This document shows positions 35,169-44,738 of a DNA stretch of 51,326 nucleotides, in pieces. This DNA comes from Methylibium sp. (GTDB lineage: Bacteria; Pseudomonadota; Gammaproteobacteria; Burkholderiales; Burkholderiaceae_C): assembly GCA_035553715.1 (NCBI GenBank), contig DATMJX010000334.1:1-51326 (forward strand), read 5' to 3'. The position numbers and the translations under genes were made by a program. The notes under the pieces were generated by a model that searched no databases, was not told the origin of the DNA, and saw nothing but the letters and a program-made list of their open reading frames with translations. Each line of letters opens with the position of its first letter. Position 1 is the stretch's first letter.

Positions 35169-35657
35169 TCACCGCCGGTCCTCCGGCCGCTGGAACGAGG
35201 CCGGCCGCTTGCGCTGCTTCGCTTCGGGCTGGTAGTGCGCGTCGGTCCAGGCCTGCAGCCAGGCGGCCACGTCGGCGGGCAGCGGCAGGTTGTCGACGCG
35301 CTCCTGGGCGTCGAGCCAGCGCCCCGCCTCGTTGTAGGAGACGCTGACGATCTCCGGCCAGGCGCGCGACGGGTCCTCGTCATCGACGCGCCACATCACG
35401 AACCACACCGGCTGCCCCGACGTGAGGTTCAGGTGGTAGCCCTCGCCCTCGTCGCGGAACAGCTCGAGCGTCAGCCCCGGGTGCAGCCAGCGCGAGAACC
35501 TGCCATCGTCGCGCAGCAGGCGCGGCTCGGTGCCGAAGCCGCCCGCATCGGGCAGCACCTCGGCGATGCGAAAGCGCCAGTCTTCCCAGCGGTTGGGGTT
35601 CTTCTCGCGCTCGATCACGACCGCAAGGCTCAACGCTGGCCGGTCAGCGGAGCTCAA
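35169..35657 (-). CDS. DUF3305-like protein
   Basis: NRWEDWRF, LELFRDEGEGYHLNLTSGQP, SYNEAGRWLD, HYQPE.KQRKRP. TTG start with GGAGG Shine-Dalgarno. Confidence 0.82.
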   Translation of the reverse strand: MSSADRPALSLAVVIEREKNPNRWEDWRFRIAEVLPDAGGFGTEPRLLRDDGRFSRWLHPGLTLELFRDEGEGYHLNLTSGQPVWFVMWRVDDEDPSRAWPEIVSVSYNEAGRWLDAQERVDNLPLPADVAAWLQAWTDAHYQPEAKQRKRPASFQRPEDRR

Positions 35658-35729
35658 GTCGGCCTCCGTCGGCGCTAGGCCCGTTGCACGCGCCCCGATC
35701 CGCCGAGCCGCCGCAGCGGATCCGGGGCT

Positions 35730-35767
35730 CGGCCCCGTGGCGGGGGAGCGGCGAAGCCGCAACGGGG
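35730..35767. repeat. Palindromic intergenic repeat, copy B
   Basis: CGGCCCCGTGGCGGGGGAGCGGCGAAGCCGCAACGGGG is 35/38 identical to 32319-32356. Confidence 0.8.
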
Positions 35768-35777
35768 GTGGTCCATG

Positions 35778-36875
35778 TCAGGTCGTCTTGGAGATCGAGA
35801 TCGTCGGGAACTTGGACGAATAGTCCTTGGCCTTCTCGGCGATCTTGACCGCGACCTGGCGCGCGACGGTCTTGTAGATCGAGGCGATCTCGCCGTCGGG
35901 CTCGCTGACGACGCTCGGGCGGCCGGCGTCGGCCTGCTCGCGGATCGACAGGTTCAAGGGCAGCGCGCCGAGGTAGCCGACGCCGTACTCGGCGGCCATC
36001 TTCTTGCCCCCGTCGGCGCCGAAGATGTGCTCGGCATGGCCGCAGTTCGTGCACACGTGCACCGCCATGTTCTCGACCACGCCGAGGATGGGCACGCCGA
36101 CCTTCTCGAACATCTTCAGGCCCTTGCGGGCGTCGAGCAGCGCGATGTCCTGCGGCGTCGTGACGATCACCGCGCCCGTCAGCGGCACGCGCTGGCTGAG
36201 CGTCAGCTGGATGTCGCCGGTGCCCGGCGGCATGTCGACGATCAGGTAGTCGAGCGCGCGCCAGTTGGTCTGGTTGAGCAGCTGTTCGAGCGCCTGGGTG
36301 GCCATCGGGCCGCGCCAGATCATCGGGTTGTCGGCATCGACGAGGAAGCCGATCGACATCACCTGCACGCCGTAGTTCTCGAGCGGCTCCATGGTCTTGC
36401 CGTCGGCGCTGTCGGGGCGGGCCTGGATGCCCAGCATCATCGGCTGGCTGGGGCCGTAGATGTCGGCGTCGAGGACGCCGACCGAGGCGCCCTCGGCGGC
36501 CAGCGCCAGCGCGAGGTTGACCGCGGTCGTGCTCTTGCCCACGCCGCCCTTGCCCGAGGCGACCGCGACGATGTTCTTGACGTTCGGCAGCAGCTGCACG
36601 CCGCGCTGCACCGCGTGCGCGATCACCTTGCTCACGACATTGGCGCTGACGTTCTCGACCCCGGGCACGCCGCGCGCCGCGGCGATCAGCGCCCGGCGCA
36701 GCGCCGGGATCTGGCTCTTGGCCGGATAGCCGAGCTCGACGTCGAAGCTGACGTCACCGCCCTCGACCTTGAGGTTCTTCAGCTGCCGGGTGCTGACGAA
36801 GTCGCGGCCGGTGTTCGGGTCGACGACGGTCTTCAGCGCGTCGAGCAGCGCAACGTCGGTCAGGGTCGAGGACAT
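35778..36875 (-). CDS. apbC: Iron-sulfur cluster carrier ApbC (Mrp/NBP35 ATPase)
   Basis: SGKGGVGKST, DADIYGPS, WRGPM, DMPPGTGD, VENMAVHVCTNC. Confidence 0.95.
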   Translation of the reverse strand: MSSTLTDVALLDALKTVVDPNTGRDFVSTRQLKNLKVEGGDVSFDVELGYPAKSQIPALRRALIAAARGVPGVENVSANVVSKVIAHAVQRGVQLLPNVKNIVAVASGKGGVGKSTTAVNLALALAAEGASVGVLDADIYGPSQPMMLGIQARPDSADGKTMEPLENYGVQVMSIGFLVDADNPMIWRGPMATQALEQLLNQTNWRALDYLIVDMPPGTGDIQLTLSQRVPLTGAVIVTTPQDIALLDARKGLKMFEKVGVPILGVVENMAVHVCTNCGHAEHIFGADGGKKMAAEYGVGYLGALPLNLSIREQADAGRPSVVSEPDGEIASIYKTVARQVAVKIAEKAKDYSSKFPTISISKTT

Positions 36876-36916
36876 GGACAACCTATGAAGCGGATGACAG
36901 AAGGGAGCGGGGAAGT

Positions 36917-38698
36917 CTAGCCGAGCCCCTGTGCCACCACCGCCGCCGTGGGCAGCGCGATCCAGAACGTCGCCCCCTGCCCCGGCCGCGGCGGCTCGAG
37001 GCCGATGCGCCCGCCCATCTGCTCGGTCATCGCCCGGCTGATCGCCAGGCCCAGGCCGGTGCCGCCGCGCTTGCGCGTCTGCAGGTTGTCGGCCTGGGCG
37101 AAGGGCTCGAACAGCTGGTCGATGAAGGAGGAGGCGACCCCCGGGCCGCTGTCGAGCACCCACAGCCGCGACTCGCCGCCGCCCGCCTCGACCCGCACCT
37201 CGACCGTGCCGCCCTCGGGCGAGAACTTGATCGCGTTGCTCAGCAGGTTGGCCAGCACCTGCTGCAGCCGCCGCGCGTCGCCGATCACCGGCACCGGCAC
37301 GCCGGCGTCGAGCAGCACCTCGACGCGGTGCTGGTGCGCATAGCCCTCGCAGCCCTCGACCGCCTCGCGCGCGGCCTCGGCCAGGTCCAGCGGCGCGAGG
37401 TCCATGCGCACCTCGCCGGCGCGCAGCTTCTCGAAGTCGAGGATGTCGTTGACCAGCGCGACCAGGCGCTCGGAGTTGTCGTGCGCCAGCCCGACCAGGC
37501 GCTGCACCGGCCCGGACAGCTCGCCGGCCATGCCGTCGGCCAGCATCGACAGCGAGCCGCGGATGCTGGTCAGCGGCGTGCGCAGCTCGTGGCTGACCAT
37601 CGAGACGAACTCGTGCTTCATGCGCTCCATGCGCTCGAGCTGGCTGAGGTCGCGGCACACGCACACGCCGATGCGCTCGGCACCGACGCGCGTCTGCACC
37701 AGCGCGACCTCGATCGGGAACTCGCTGCCGTCGCCGCGCACGCCGTACATCGTCTCGCGGCGCGCGCGCCACGGCGTCTGTGCCGGCACGGCGTCGGGCG
37801 GTTCGGTGTCGGGCCACTGGGTGCGGTGATCGAGCTCGGGGATCAGCAGCGACACCGGCTGCGCCCGCATGCCAGCACGCGAACGGCCGAACATCGCCTC
37901 GGCGGCCGGGTTGATGCGCTGCACGCGCAGACCGGCGTCGAAGGCGATCACGCCGTCCGGGATGTGGTCCAGCGTCATCTCGAGGCGGCGCTGGGCATCG
38001 CGCGACTGCTCCTGGGCGATGCCCCGCTCGGTGGCCTCGCGGCGCAGGCGGCGGTTCGAGTCGGCCAGCCGCGCGGTGAAGGCCCGCAGCCCCACGGTGG
38101 CGACGACCGCCAGCAGCACCGTGGCCCCCGCGAACAGCATGAACAGCCGGTCCGCGTCGCTCGCGCCCGAGCGCAGCCGCTCCTCGCGCTCGGCCAGCCG
38201 CGCGGTCTCGACGCCGCGCAGGCGCTCGATCGACGCCTGGACACGGCCGCGTTCGACGACGCCGGCCGCCGAGACGGCGAGCGCCGCCGCCTCGCTCAGG
38301 CGCCGTCCCCCCGCGCAGGCGGCACCCAGCGGTTCGTCATAGCGCTGGCGCAGCGCCTCGAGCAGGCGCGCCAGCGCCTCGATCTCGGCGTGCCAGGCGG
38401 GCGTGTCGCGCAGCAGTGTGCCCAGCCGCTGCAGCGTCGGGTGCGGGTCGGGCGCCGGCGGCCGCCCGAGCAGCGCGCGCCCATGCGCCGCGCACAGCAG
38501 CAGCGCCGGCTGCGCCGCGGTGTCGCGCTCGAGCGCGTCGAGCGCCGCCAGCACGTCGCGGCTGCGGTCGCGCCAGGACTGCGCCGCCTGCAGCTCGTCG
38601 TAGGCCCGCCAGCTCATCGCCAGCAGCCCGAGCACGCACACCGCGAGCAGCGCGAACAGCAGCGGCACGCGCCGTTCGATGCCGCCCGCGCGCGTCAT
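36917..38698 (-). CDS. Membrane sensor histidine kinase (TM-periplasmic helical domain-TM-PAS-HisKA-HATPase)
   Basis: SHELRTPLTSI H-box, NLLSNAIKFS, DSGPG, GGTGLGL. PAS-like DGVIAFD...NPAAEAMFG...DGSEFPIE. Two TM helices. Confidence 0.92.
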   Translation of the reverse strand: MTRAGGIERRVPLLFALLAVCVLGLLAMSWRAYDELQAAQSWRDRSRDVLAALDALERDTAAQPALLLCAAHGRALLGRPPAPDPHPTLQRLGTLLRDTPAWHAEIEALARLLEALRQRYDEPLGAACAGGRRLSEAAALAVSAAGVVERGRVQASIERLRGVETARLAEREERLRSGASDADRLFMLFAGATVLLAVVATVGLRAFTARLADSNRRLRREATERGIAQEQSRDAQRRLEMTLDHIPDGVIAFDAGLRVQRINPAAEAMFGRSRAGMRAQPVSLLIPELDHRTQWPDTEPPDAVPAQTPWRARRETMYGVRGDGSEFPIEVALVQTRVGAERIGVCVCRDLSQLERMERMKHEFVSMVSHELRTPLTSIRGSLSMLADGMAGELSGPVQRLVGLAHDNSERLVALVNDILDFEKLRAGEVRMDLAPLDLAEAAREAVEGCEGYAHQHRVEVLLDAGVPVPVIGDARRLQQVLANLLSNAIKFSPEGGTVEVRVEAGGGESRLWVLDSGPGVASSFIDQLFEPFAQADNLQTRKRGGTGLGLAISRAMTEQMGGRIGLEPPRPGQGATFWIALPTAAVVAQGLG

Positions 38699-40167
38699 GG
38701 CGGCGGGCTGCCCGCCGCCGGGGTGCTGCCGCGTCGCGTCATCTCGCCCCAGACCTGCTTGCGGCCGCTGAGCCATTGCGCGATGCCGACCAGCCGCCAC
38801 CAGACGGTCAGCTGGCGGTAGCCGAAGTTCTCGGCCACGATCGCCCCGAGCAGCTGCAGCAGGTGGCGGGGCCGCGTGTAGGTGCGGAACGCCAGCTCCT
38901 CGAGCAGCAGCGCGTTGGCCGAGAGCATCATGCCGGCGCCCAGCGCCAGCAGCAGGAAGGCCACGAAGCTCTGCCAGGCCAGCAGGCCGCTGGCGGCCAG
39001 CACGCCGAGCACGACGTAGCCCAGGGCCTCGACGATCGGGGCCAGCGCCTCGAACAGCAGCGCGAAGGGCATCGCCATCCAGCCGACCGCGCCGGCACGC
39101 GGGTTCAGCATCATGCGCCGGTGCGTCCACAGGCACTCGAGCTGGCCGCGCTGCCAGCGCACCCGCTGGCTGCGCAGCACCTTGGTGGTCTCCGGGGCCT
39201 CGGTCCAGACGTTGGCGTCGGCGACGAAGGCGATGCGGTAGTCGCGCTGCTGCAGCCGGTGGATGCGGTGCAGGCGCATCGTCAGCTCCATGTCCTCGCC
39301 GATGGTGCGGGTCGACAGCCCGCCGGCCTCGATCAGCGCCGCGCGCCGGAACACCCCGAAGGCGCCGGAGATGATCAGCAGCGCGTTCATCGGCGCCCAG
39401 CCGAGGCGGCCGTAGAGGAAGCCGCGCAGGTACTCGACCACCTGGATGCGCGCCAGCCAGTTGTCCGGCACCTCGACGCGGCTCAGGTGGCCTTGGGCGA
39501 TGTCGCAGCCATTCGACAGCCGCACCGTGCCGCCGCAGGCGACCACGCGGCGGTCCTGCATGAAGGGACGCACGACGCGCTTGAGGCTGCTGCGCTCGAG
39601 CACCGAGTCGGCGTCGACCACGCACACCAGCCCGTGGTGGGAGGCGTTGAGCGCGGCGTTGATCGCATCCGAGCGGCCGCCGTTGACCTTGTCGACGACG
39701 ATCAGCTGCGGGTGCTGCGGGCTGCGCCACAGGCCGCGCACCTCGGCCACCGGCACCGAGCGGCGGTAGGCCTCGGGGAAGCGCTGCAGGCCGAACTCGC
39801 GCCGCAGCACCGCCAGCGTGTCATCCTTCGAGCCGTCGTTGCAGACGATGACCTCGAAGTCCGGGTAGTCGAGCTGCAGCATCGAGCGCACCGCGGCGGC
39901 GATCGTCGCGGCCTCGTTGTAGGCCGGCACCAGGATCGAGATGCCGGGCTCGAGGCCGGCGCTGTAATCGGCCAGCGCGGCGATCTCGTTCTCCGCCGCC
40001 TCGCGGCCGATCACCCGCAGCGCGATCAGGTTCAGCACGACGTTCGCCAGCGTCAGCAGGGCGAAGTAGCCGATGAAGAACCAGGACGTCAGCTGGATCC
40101 AGCGCGGGTCGACCCGTGCCGGATCGATCCAGGGCCAGGCCGGCAGCAGCGCCATCAGCTCACTCAT
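38695..40167 (-). CDS. Processive GT2 glycosyltransferase (PgaC/IcaA/NodC-like synthase)
   Basis: VPAYNE, NDGSKD, DADS, QVVEY, GAFGVFRR, GED and QRVRW motifs. One N-terminal and several C-terminal TM helices. Confidence 0.92.
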   Translation of the reverse strand: MSELMALLPAWPWIDPARVDPRWIQLTSWFFIGYFALLTLANVVLNLIALRVIGREAAENEIAALADYSAGLEPGISILVPAYNEAATIAAAVRSMLQLDYPDFEVIVCNDGSKDDTLAVLRREFGLQRFPEAYRRSVPVAEVRGLWRSPQHPQLIVVDKVNGGRSDAINAALNASHHGLVCVVDADSVLERSSLKRVVRPFMQDRRVVACGGTVRLSNGCDIAQGHLSRVEVPDNWLARIQVVEYLRGFLYGRLGWAPMNALLIISGAFGVFRRAALIEAGGLSTRTIGEDMELTMRLHRIHRLQQRDYRIAFVADANVWTEAPETTKVLRSQRVRWQRGQLECLWTHRRMMLNPRAGAVGWMAMPFALLFEALAPIVEALGYVVLGVLAASGLLAWQSFVAFLLLALGAGMMLSANALLLEELAFRTYTRPRHLLQLLGAIVAENFGYRQLTVWWRLVGIAQWLSGRKQVWGEMTRRGSTPAAGSPPP

Positions 40168-41315
40168 CGCGGCACCGCCATTTCCGCCGCCACCGGCTCC
40201 GCCAGCAGCGAAGCGGCCTGCGCCCCGCCGCCGTGCAGCGCCCGCTCGGCCCACGCATGCTCGAGCATGTCGCGCGCATAGCGGTCCGGGAGACCGGCGT
40301 GCAGCCGGCGCAGCGCCGCCTCGTCGAGCCCGGGCATCGTCACCAGCGCCTGCGCGGCGCGGTAGCGCACCCACCAGTCGCGATCGGACAGCAAGATCAC
40401 GAGCCGCACCCGGTCGATCGGCTCGCCGATGCGGCCCAGCGCGACCGCGGCGGCCGAGCGCACCAGCGCATCGCCGCTCTCGCACAGCTTGCGCACGCGC
40501 TCCAGCGCGTCCGGGCCGTGCAGCTGGCGCAATGCGATCGACAGCACCTGAGGATCCTCGCTGCCGGCCACCAGCTGCTCGAGCACGCTGCCGCTGCGCG
40601 GCGTCTCGGCGAAGCGCAGCAGCGGCAGCAGGCGGATCTGCTCGGCCGGCGCGGCCGCCAGCAGGCGCTCGAGCAGCGCCGGCGCCACCGCCTCAGCACC
40701 GGCGTCGCGCAGCAGCGTGCCCAGCCGCGCGGCCGGCCAGTCGGGCCGCCCGAGGTACTGGTCGAGCACCCGCGGCGCGTTCCCCGCCGCGTCGATCTGC
40801 AGCAGCGCGCGCGCGCCGGCCAGGCTGACCAGCGTGCGTGGGTCGTCGAGCGCAATGCGCAGCCGCTCGCGGTCCTCGGGCAGCCCGAGGTGGCCGAGCA
40901 CGACCAGCCCGATCACCCGCTGCGCCAGCCGCCCGCGCGCGGCCCAGTGGCGTGCCTGCTCGGCAAAACCGAGCTGCACCGCGAGCCGGTTCAGGCCCGC
41001 GTGGGCACTGCCGCGCAGGCCGTCCTGCATCTGCGTCCACAGCAGCAGCACGTCGGTCAGCTCGCGGTGCGCCAGCGCCGGCAGGCACGGCATTGCGGCG
41101 CCGTCCTCGCCCGATTCGACCGCGGCCTGCACCAGCACCGGGCGCCAGCGCGCCTGCACCGCCCGCCGCGCGTGTTCGCGCCGCTGCGCGCGCAGGCGCA
41201 TCGAGAGCACCTGCAGCACCAGCCCGACGCTGGCCACCAGCGTCACCAGGCCGAGGCCGAGCGCGAGCCGCAGCTCGAAATCAGAAGTCGTGTTGAACAC
41301 CGAGGCGGATCCCAT
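40164..41315 (-). CDS. Membrane-anchored HEAT-repeat protein
   Basis: N-terminal TM followed by a basic cluster. HEAT/PBS-lyase-like repeats (ALVRSAAAVALGRIG, DRDWWVRYRAAQAL). Start is ATG 41315 or GTG 41300, both overlapping the upstream gene. Confidence 0.85.
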   Translation of the reverse strand: MGSASVFNTTSDFELRLALGLGLVTLVASVGLVLQVLSMRLRAQRREHARRAVQARWRPVLVQAAVESGEDGAAMPCLPALAHRELTDVLLLWTQMQDGLRGSAHAGLNRLAVQLGFAEQARHWAARGRLAQRVIGLVVLGHLGLPEDRERLRIALDDPRTLVSLAGARALLQIDAAGNAPRVLDQYLGRPDWPAARLGTLLRDAGAEAVAPALLERLLAAAPAEQIRLLPLLRFAETPRSGSVLEQLVAGSEDPQVLSIALRQLHGPDALERVRKLCESGDALVRSAAAVALGRIGEPIDRVRLVILLSDRDWWVRYRAAQALVTMPGLDEAALRRLHAGLPDRYARDMLEHAWAERALHGGGAQAASLLAEPVAAEMAVPR

Positions 41316-42099
41316 CGCGGCGGTAGTCGGCGCCGGCCGCGCCGCCGGCGCCCGGTCCGGTGCGCAGCACCCGGTCGCTGTTGCGCGAGCGGCCGATCGA
41401 GCCGACCAGCGCCCAGTCCGTCGACAGCGGCCAGATCGTCAGCAGCCCGTAGGTGTCGACACGGGTCGAGACGACGCCGGCCAGCTCGGGCACATTCTCG
41501 AGCTCGCGCCCCCGCGCGTAGAAGACCCCGACGCGGCCGCGCTCGCCGACGTAGCGATCGACCTGCAGCAGCCCGCCGCCGTCGGTCTGCCCGCCATCGA
41601 GGCGGGTGCGCACCAGGCCGGCCATCAGCCGCCAGTCGCCAACATAGCGCTCGCCGCTGAGGCGCCAGCTGCTGCTGCCGCTCTTGCCGGTGCCGACACC
41701 GTCGAACAGGCTGCGCCCGACCCCGGCCGACAGCACCCAGCCGCCCTCGAAGGCACGCGCCAGGTCGACACGGCCGCTGGCGCGCGCCAGCACCCGGTGG
41801 CTCGGGCTGGCGGTGGCGCTGGCGGCCAGCGACCAGTCGCCGCCGAGCGGCAGCGCGAGGCCGGCGCCGATTTCTTGGTCATCGTAGCCGTGCCGGCGCG
41901 TGTGGCGCGTCGTCAGCTCGGCGACCGAGCGCGGCGCGAAGCGCGAGCGCAGCGCCAGATCGAACTGCTGCCAGTCGGAGCTGTCGTTGTCGGCATGCTC
42001 GACGCCGGCCCCGGCCTCGACCTGCCAGCCCTCCGCCGCGCCCGCCGTGTTCAGCAGCAGCGCGCCGAGCAGCGGCACCAGCGTGCGCAGGGCCCTCAT
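41281..42099 (-). CDS. YaiO-like outer-membrane beta-barrel protein
   Basis: Signal peptide ending AGA, alternating amphipathic beta strands, SPSHRVLAR motif, C-terminal Phe (GVQHDF). Confidence 0.75.
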   Translation of the reverse strand: MRALRTLVPLLGALLLNTAGAAEGWQVEAGAGVEHADNDSSDWQQFDLALRSRFAPRSVAELTTRHTRRHGYDDQEIGAGLALPLGGDWSLAASATASPSHRVLARASGRVDLARAFEGGWVLSAGVGRSLFDGVGTGKSGSSSWRLSGERYVGDWRLMAGLVRTRLDGGQTDGGGLLQVDRYVGERGRVGVFYARGRELENVPELAGVVSTRVDTYGLLTIWPLSTDWALVGSIGRSRNSDRVLRTGPGAGGAAGADYRRDGIRLGVQHDF

Positions 42100-42470
42100 G
42101 CGGCCCCCCGCACGTAGCGCCGCACCCGCGCCAGCAGCTCCTGCGGCTGGAAGGGCTTGACGACGTAGTCGCTCGCGCCGGCCTCGAGCGCGCGCACGAT
42201 GTCGCGCTCGAGCGACTTGGCGGTCAGCATGATCACCGGCACCCCGCCCCAGCCCGGCTGGGCGCGCATGTCGCCGAGCAGCGTCATGCCGTCGCGGTAG
42301 GGCAGCATCGAGTCGAGCAGCACCAGCGCCGGTGGGGCCTGCGCGGCGATGTGGCGGCGCGCCGCCTCGCCATCCGCGAGGATCTGCACGGCATGGCCCT
42401 CGCGGGCGAGCATGAATTCGAGCAGCTGGGCGATGTTGTCATCGTCTTCGATGACCAGGATGGAGGCCAT
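42096..42470 (-). CDS. Single-domain response regulator receiver
   Basis: ILVIEDD, LVLLD phosphoacceptor, IMLTA, DYVVKPF. No output domain. Confidence 0.92.
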   Translation of the reverse strand: MASILVIEDDDNIAQLLEFMLAREGHAVQILADGEAARRHIAAQAPPALVLLDSMLPYRDGMTLLGDMRAQPGWGGVPVIMLTAKSLERDIVRALEAGASDYVVKPFQPQELLARVRRYVRGAA

Positions 42471-42568
42471 GTGGGGGGTCCCGGAGCCGTTGCGGCGAGC
42501 GGCATTATCGGGGTCGGCCACCTACAATCCGGGCGCTGTTTCGTGAATTTCGGCACCTGCCGCACGCC

Positions 42569-44611
42569 ATGCCCCGCCAGCTGTTCGTCACCACCGCCCT
42601 GCCCTACGCGAATGCCCCGTTCCATGTCGGGCACATGATGGAGTACATCCAGGCCGACATCTGGGTGCGCTTCCAGCGCATGCAGGGGCACACGGTGCAC
42701 TTCGTCTGCGCCGACGACGCGCACGGCGCGCCGATCATGATCGCGGCGGAAAAGGCCGGCAAGACGCCGCAGGCCTTCGTCGCCGACATCGCCGCCGGCC
42801 GCAAGGCCTACCTCGACGGCTTCCACATCGGCTTCGACAACTGGCACTCGACCGACGGCCCCGAGAACCACCAGCTGGCCCAGGACACCTACCGCGCGCT
42901 GCGCCGGAACGGCTTGGTCTACACCCGCGACATCGAGCAGTTCTTCGACCCGGTCAAGGGCATGTTCCTGCCCGACCGCTACGTCAAGGGCGAGTGCCCG
43001 CGCTGCGGCGCGAAGGACCAGTACGGCGACAACTGCGAGGTCTGCGGCGCCGTCTACGCGCCCACCGAGCTGAAGAGCCCGTACTCGGCGCTGTCCGGCG
43101 CGACGCCGGTGATGAAGACCAGCGAGCACCACTTCTTCCAGCTCAGCGCGCAGCGCTGCGTCGACTTCCTGCAGGACTGGACCCAGACGCCCGGGCGGCT
43201 GCAGCCGGAGGTGCTCAACAAGATCAGCGAGTGGTTCGCCACCGACGAGAACGGCCGCAGCGGGCTGGCCGACTGGGACATCAGCCGCGACGCGCCCTAT
43301 TTCGGCATCGAGATCCCCGACGCGCCGGGCAAGTACTTCTACGTCTGGCTGGACGCGCCGGTCGGCTACCTAGCCTCGCTGAAGAACCACTTCACGAAGA
43401 TCGGCCAGGACTTCGACGCCTTCCTCGCCGACCCGGCCACCGAGCAGGTGCACTTCATCGGCAAGGACATCGTCTACTTCCACACGCTGTTCTGGCCGGC
43501 GATGCTGCACTTCAGCGGCCGCAAGACGCCCGACCACGTGTTCGTGCACGGCTTCATCACCGTCAGCGGCGAGAAGATGAGCAAGAGCCGCGGCACCGGC
43601 ATCTCGCCGCTGAAGTACCTGGAGCTCGGCATGAACGCCGAGTGGCTGCGCTACTACATCGCCGCCAAGCTCAACGGCCGCGTCGAGGACGTCGACTTCA
43701 ACCCCGAGGACTTCGTCGCGCGCGTCAACAGCGACCTGGTCGGCAAGTACATCAACATCGCCAGCCGCGCGGCCGGCTTCATCGCCAAGCGCTTCGAGGG
43801 CCGGCTCGCGGCCGAAGTCGGCGTCGAGGGCCGCACGCTGCTCGACGGCCTGGCCGCGCAATGCGAGGCGATCGCGCGGCTGTACGAGGAGCGCGAGTTC
43901 GGCAAGGCGCTGCGCGAGGTGATGCTGCTGGCCGACCGCGTCAACGAGTACGTCGACCGCCACAAGCCCTGGGAGTTGGCCAAGCAGGCCGGCCAGGAGG
44001 CCGTGCTGCACGATGTCTGCAGCACCTGCATCGAGGCCTTCCGGCTGCTGACGGTCTACCTGAAGCCGGTGCTGCCGGCGCTGGCCGCGCGCGTCGAGGC
44101 CTTCCTGAAGGTCGAGCCGCTGCGCTTCGCCGACGCGCAGCGCCTGCTCGGCGCGCACACGATCGGCGCCTACGAGCACCTGATGCAGCGCGTCGACCCG
44201 AAGCTGCTCGACGCGCTGTTCGAGCCGCCCGCGGTCGAGCTCCCGAAGCCGGGCGGCGAGGACCTCGCGCCGACGATCTCGATCGACGACTTCACCAAGG
44301 TCGACCTGCGGCTGGCGAAGATCGTCGACGCGAAGCGGGTCGAGGGCAGCACGAAACTGCTGCAGCTCACGCTCGACGTCGGCGAGGGGCGCACCCGCAA
44401 CGTCTTCAGCGGCATCCAGGCGGCCTTCGGTCCCGAGGACGTGATCGGCAAGATGACCGTGCTGGTGGCCAACCTGGCGCCGCGCAAGATGAAGTTCGGT
44501 CTCAGCGAGGGCATGGTGCTGGCCGCCTCGCACGCCGACGAGAAGGGCCACGCCGGTCTCTACCTGCTCGAACCCACGCCCGGCGCCGTGCCGGGGCTGC
44601 GGATCCGCTGA
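42569..44611 (+). CDS. metG: Methionine--tRNA ligase
   Basis: TALPYAN..HVGH, zinc-knuckle CPRC...CEVC, KMSKS, C-terminal tRNA-binding OB fold. TACAAT at 42523-42528. Confidence 0.98.
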   Translation: MPRQLFVTTALPYANAPFHVGHMMEYIQADIWVRFQRMQGHTVHFVCADDAHGAPIMIAAEKAGKTPQAFVADIAAGRKAYLDGFHIGFDNWHSTDGPENHQLAQDTYRALRRNGLVYTRDIEQFFDPVKGMFLPDRYVKGECPRCGAKDQYGDNCEVCGAVYAPTELKSPYSALSGATPVMKTSEHHFFQLSAQRCVDFLQDWTQTPGRLQPEVLNKISEWFATDENGRSGLADWDISRDAPYFGIEIPDAPGKYFYVWLDAPVGYLASLKNHFTKIGQDFDAFLADPATEQVHFIGKDIVYFHTLFWPAMLHFSGRKTPDHVFVHGFITVSGEKMSKSRGTGISPLKYLELGMNAEWLRYYIAAKLNGRVEDVDFNPEDFVARVNSDLVGKYINIASRAAGFIAKRFEGRLAAEVGVEGRTLLDGLAAQCEAIARLYEEREFGKALREVMLLADRVNEYVDRHKPWELAKQAGQEAVLHDVCSTCIEAFRLLTVYLKPVLPALAARVEAFLKVEPLRFADAQRLLGAHTIGAYEHLMQRVDPKLLDALFEPPAVELPKPGGEDLAPTISIDDFTKVDLRLAKIVDAKRVEGSTKLLQLTLDVGEGRTRNVFSGIQAAFGPEDVIGKMTVLVANLAPRKMKFGLSEGMVLAASHADEKGHAGLYLLEPTPGAVPGLRIR

Positions 44612-44738
44612 TGCGGCGCGCCGCGCGCAGCCAGGTCTTCGGACCGACGCGCCGGCGCCGCTTCGTCGCCCAGCGCCACCACTGCGGACCTCCGGAGGCG
44701 CGCTTCTTGCGCGCGTCCCACCCGATACCGGAGGTTCC

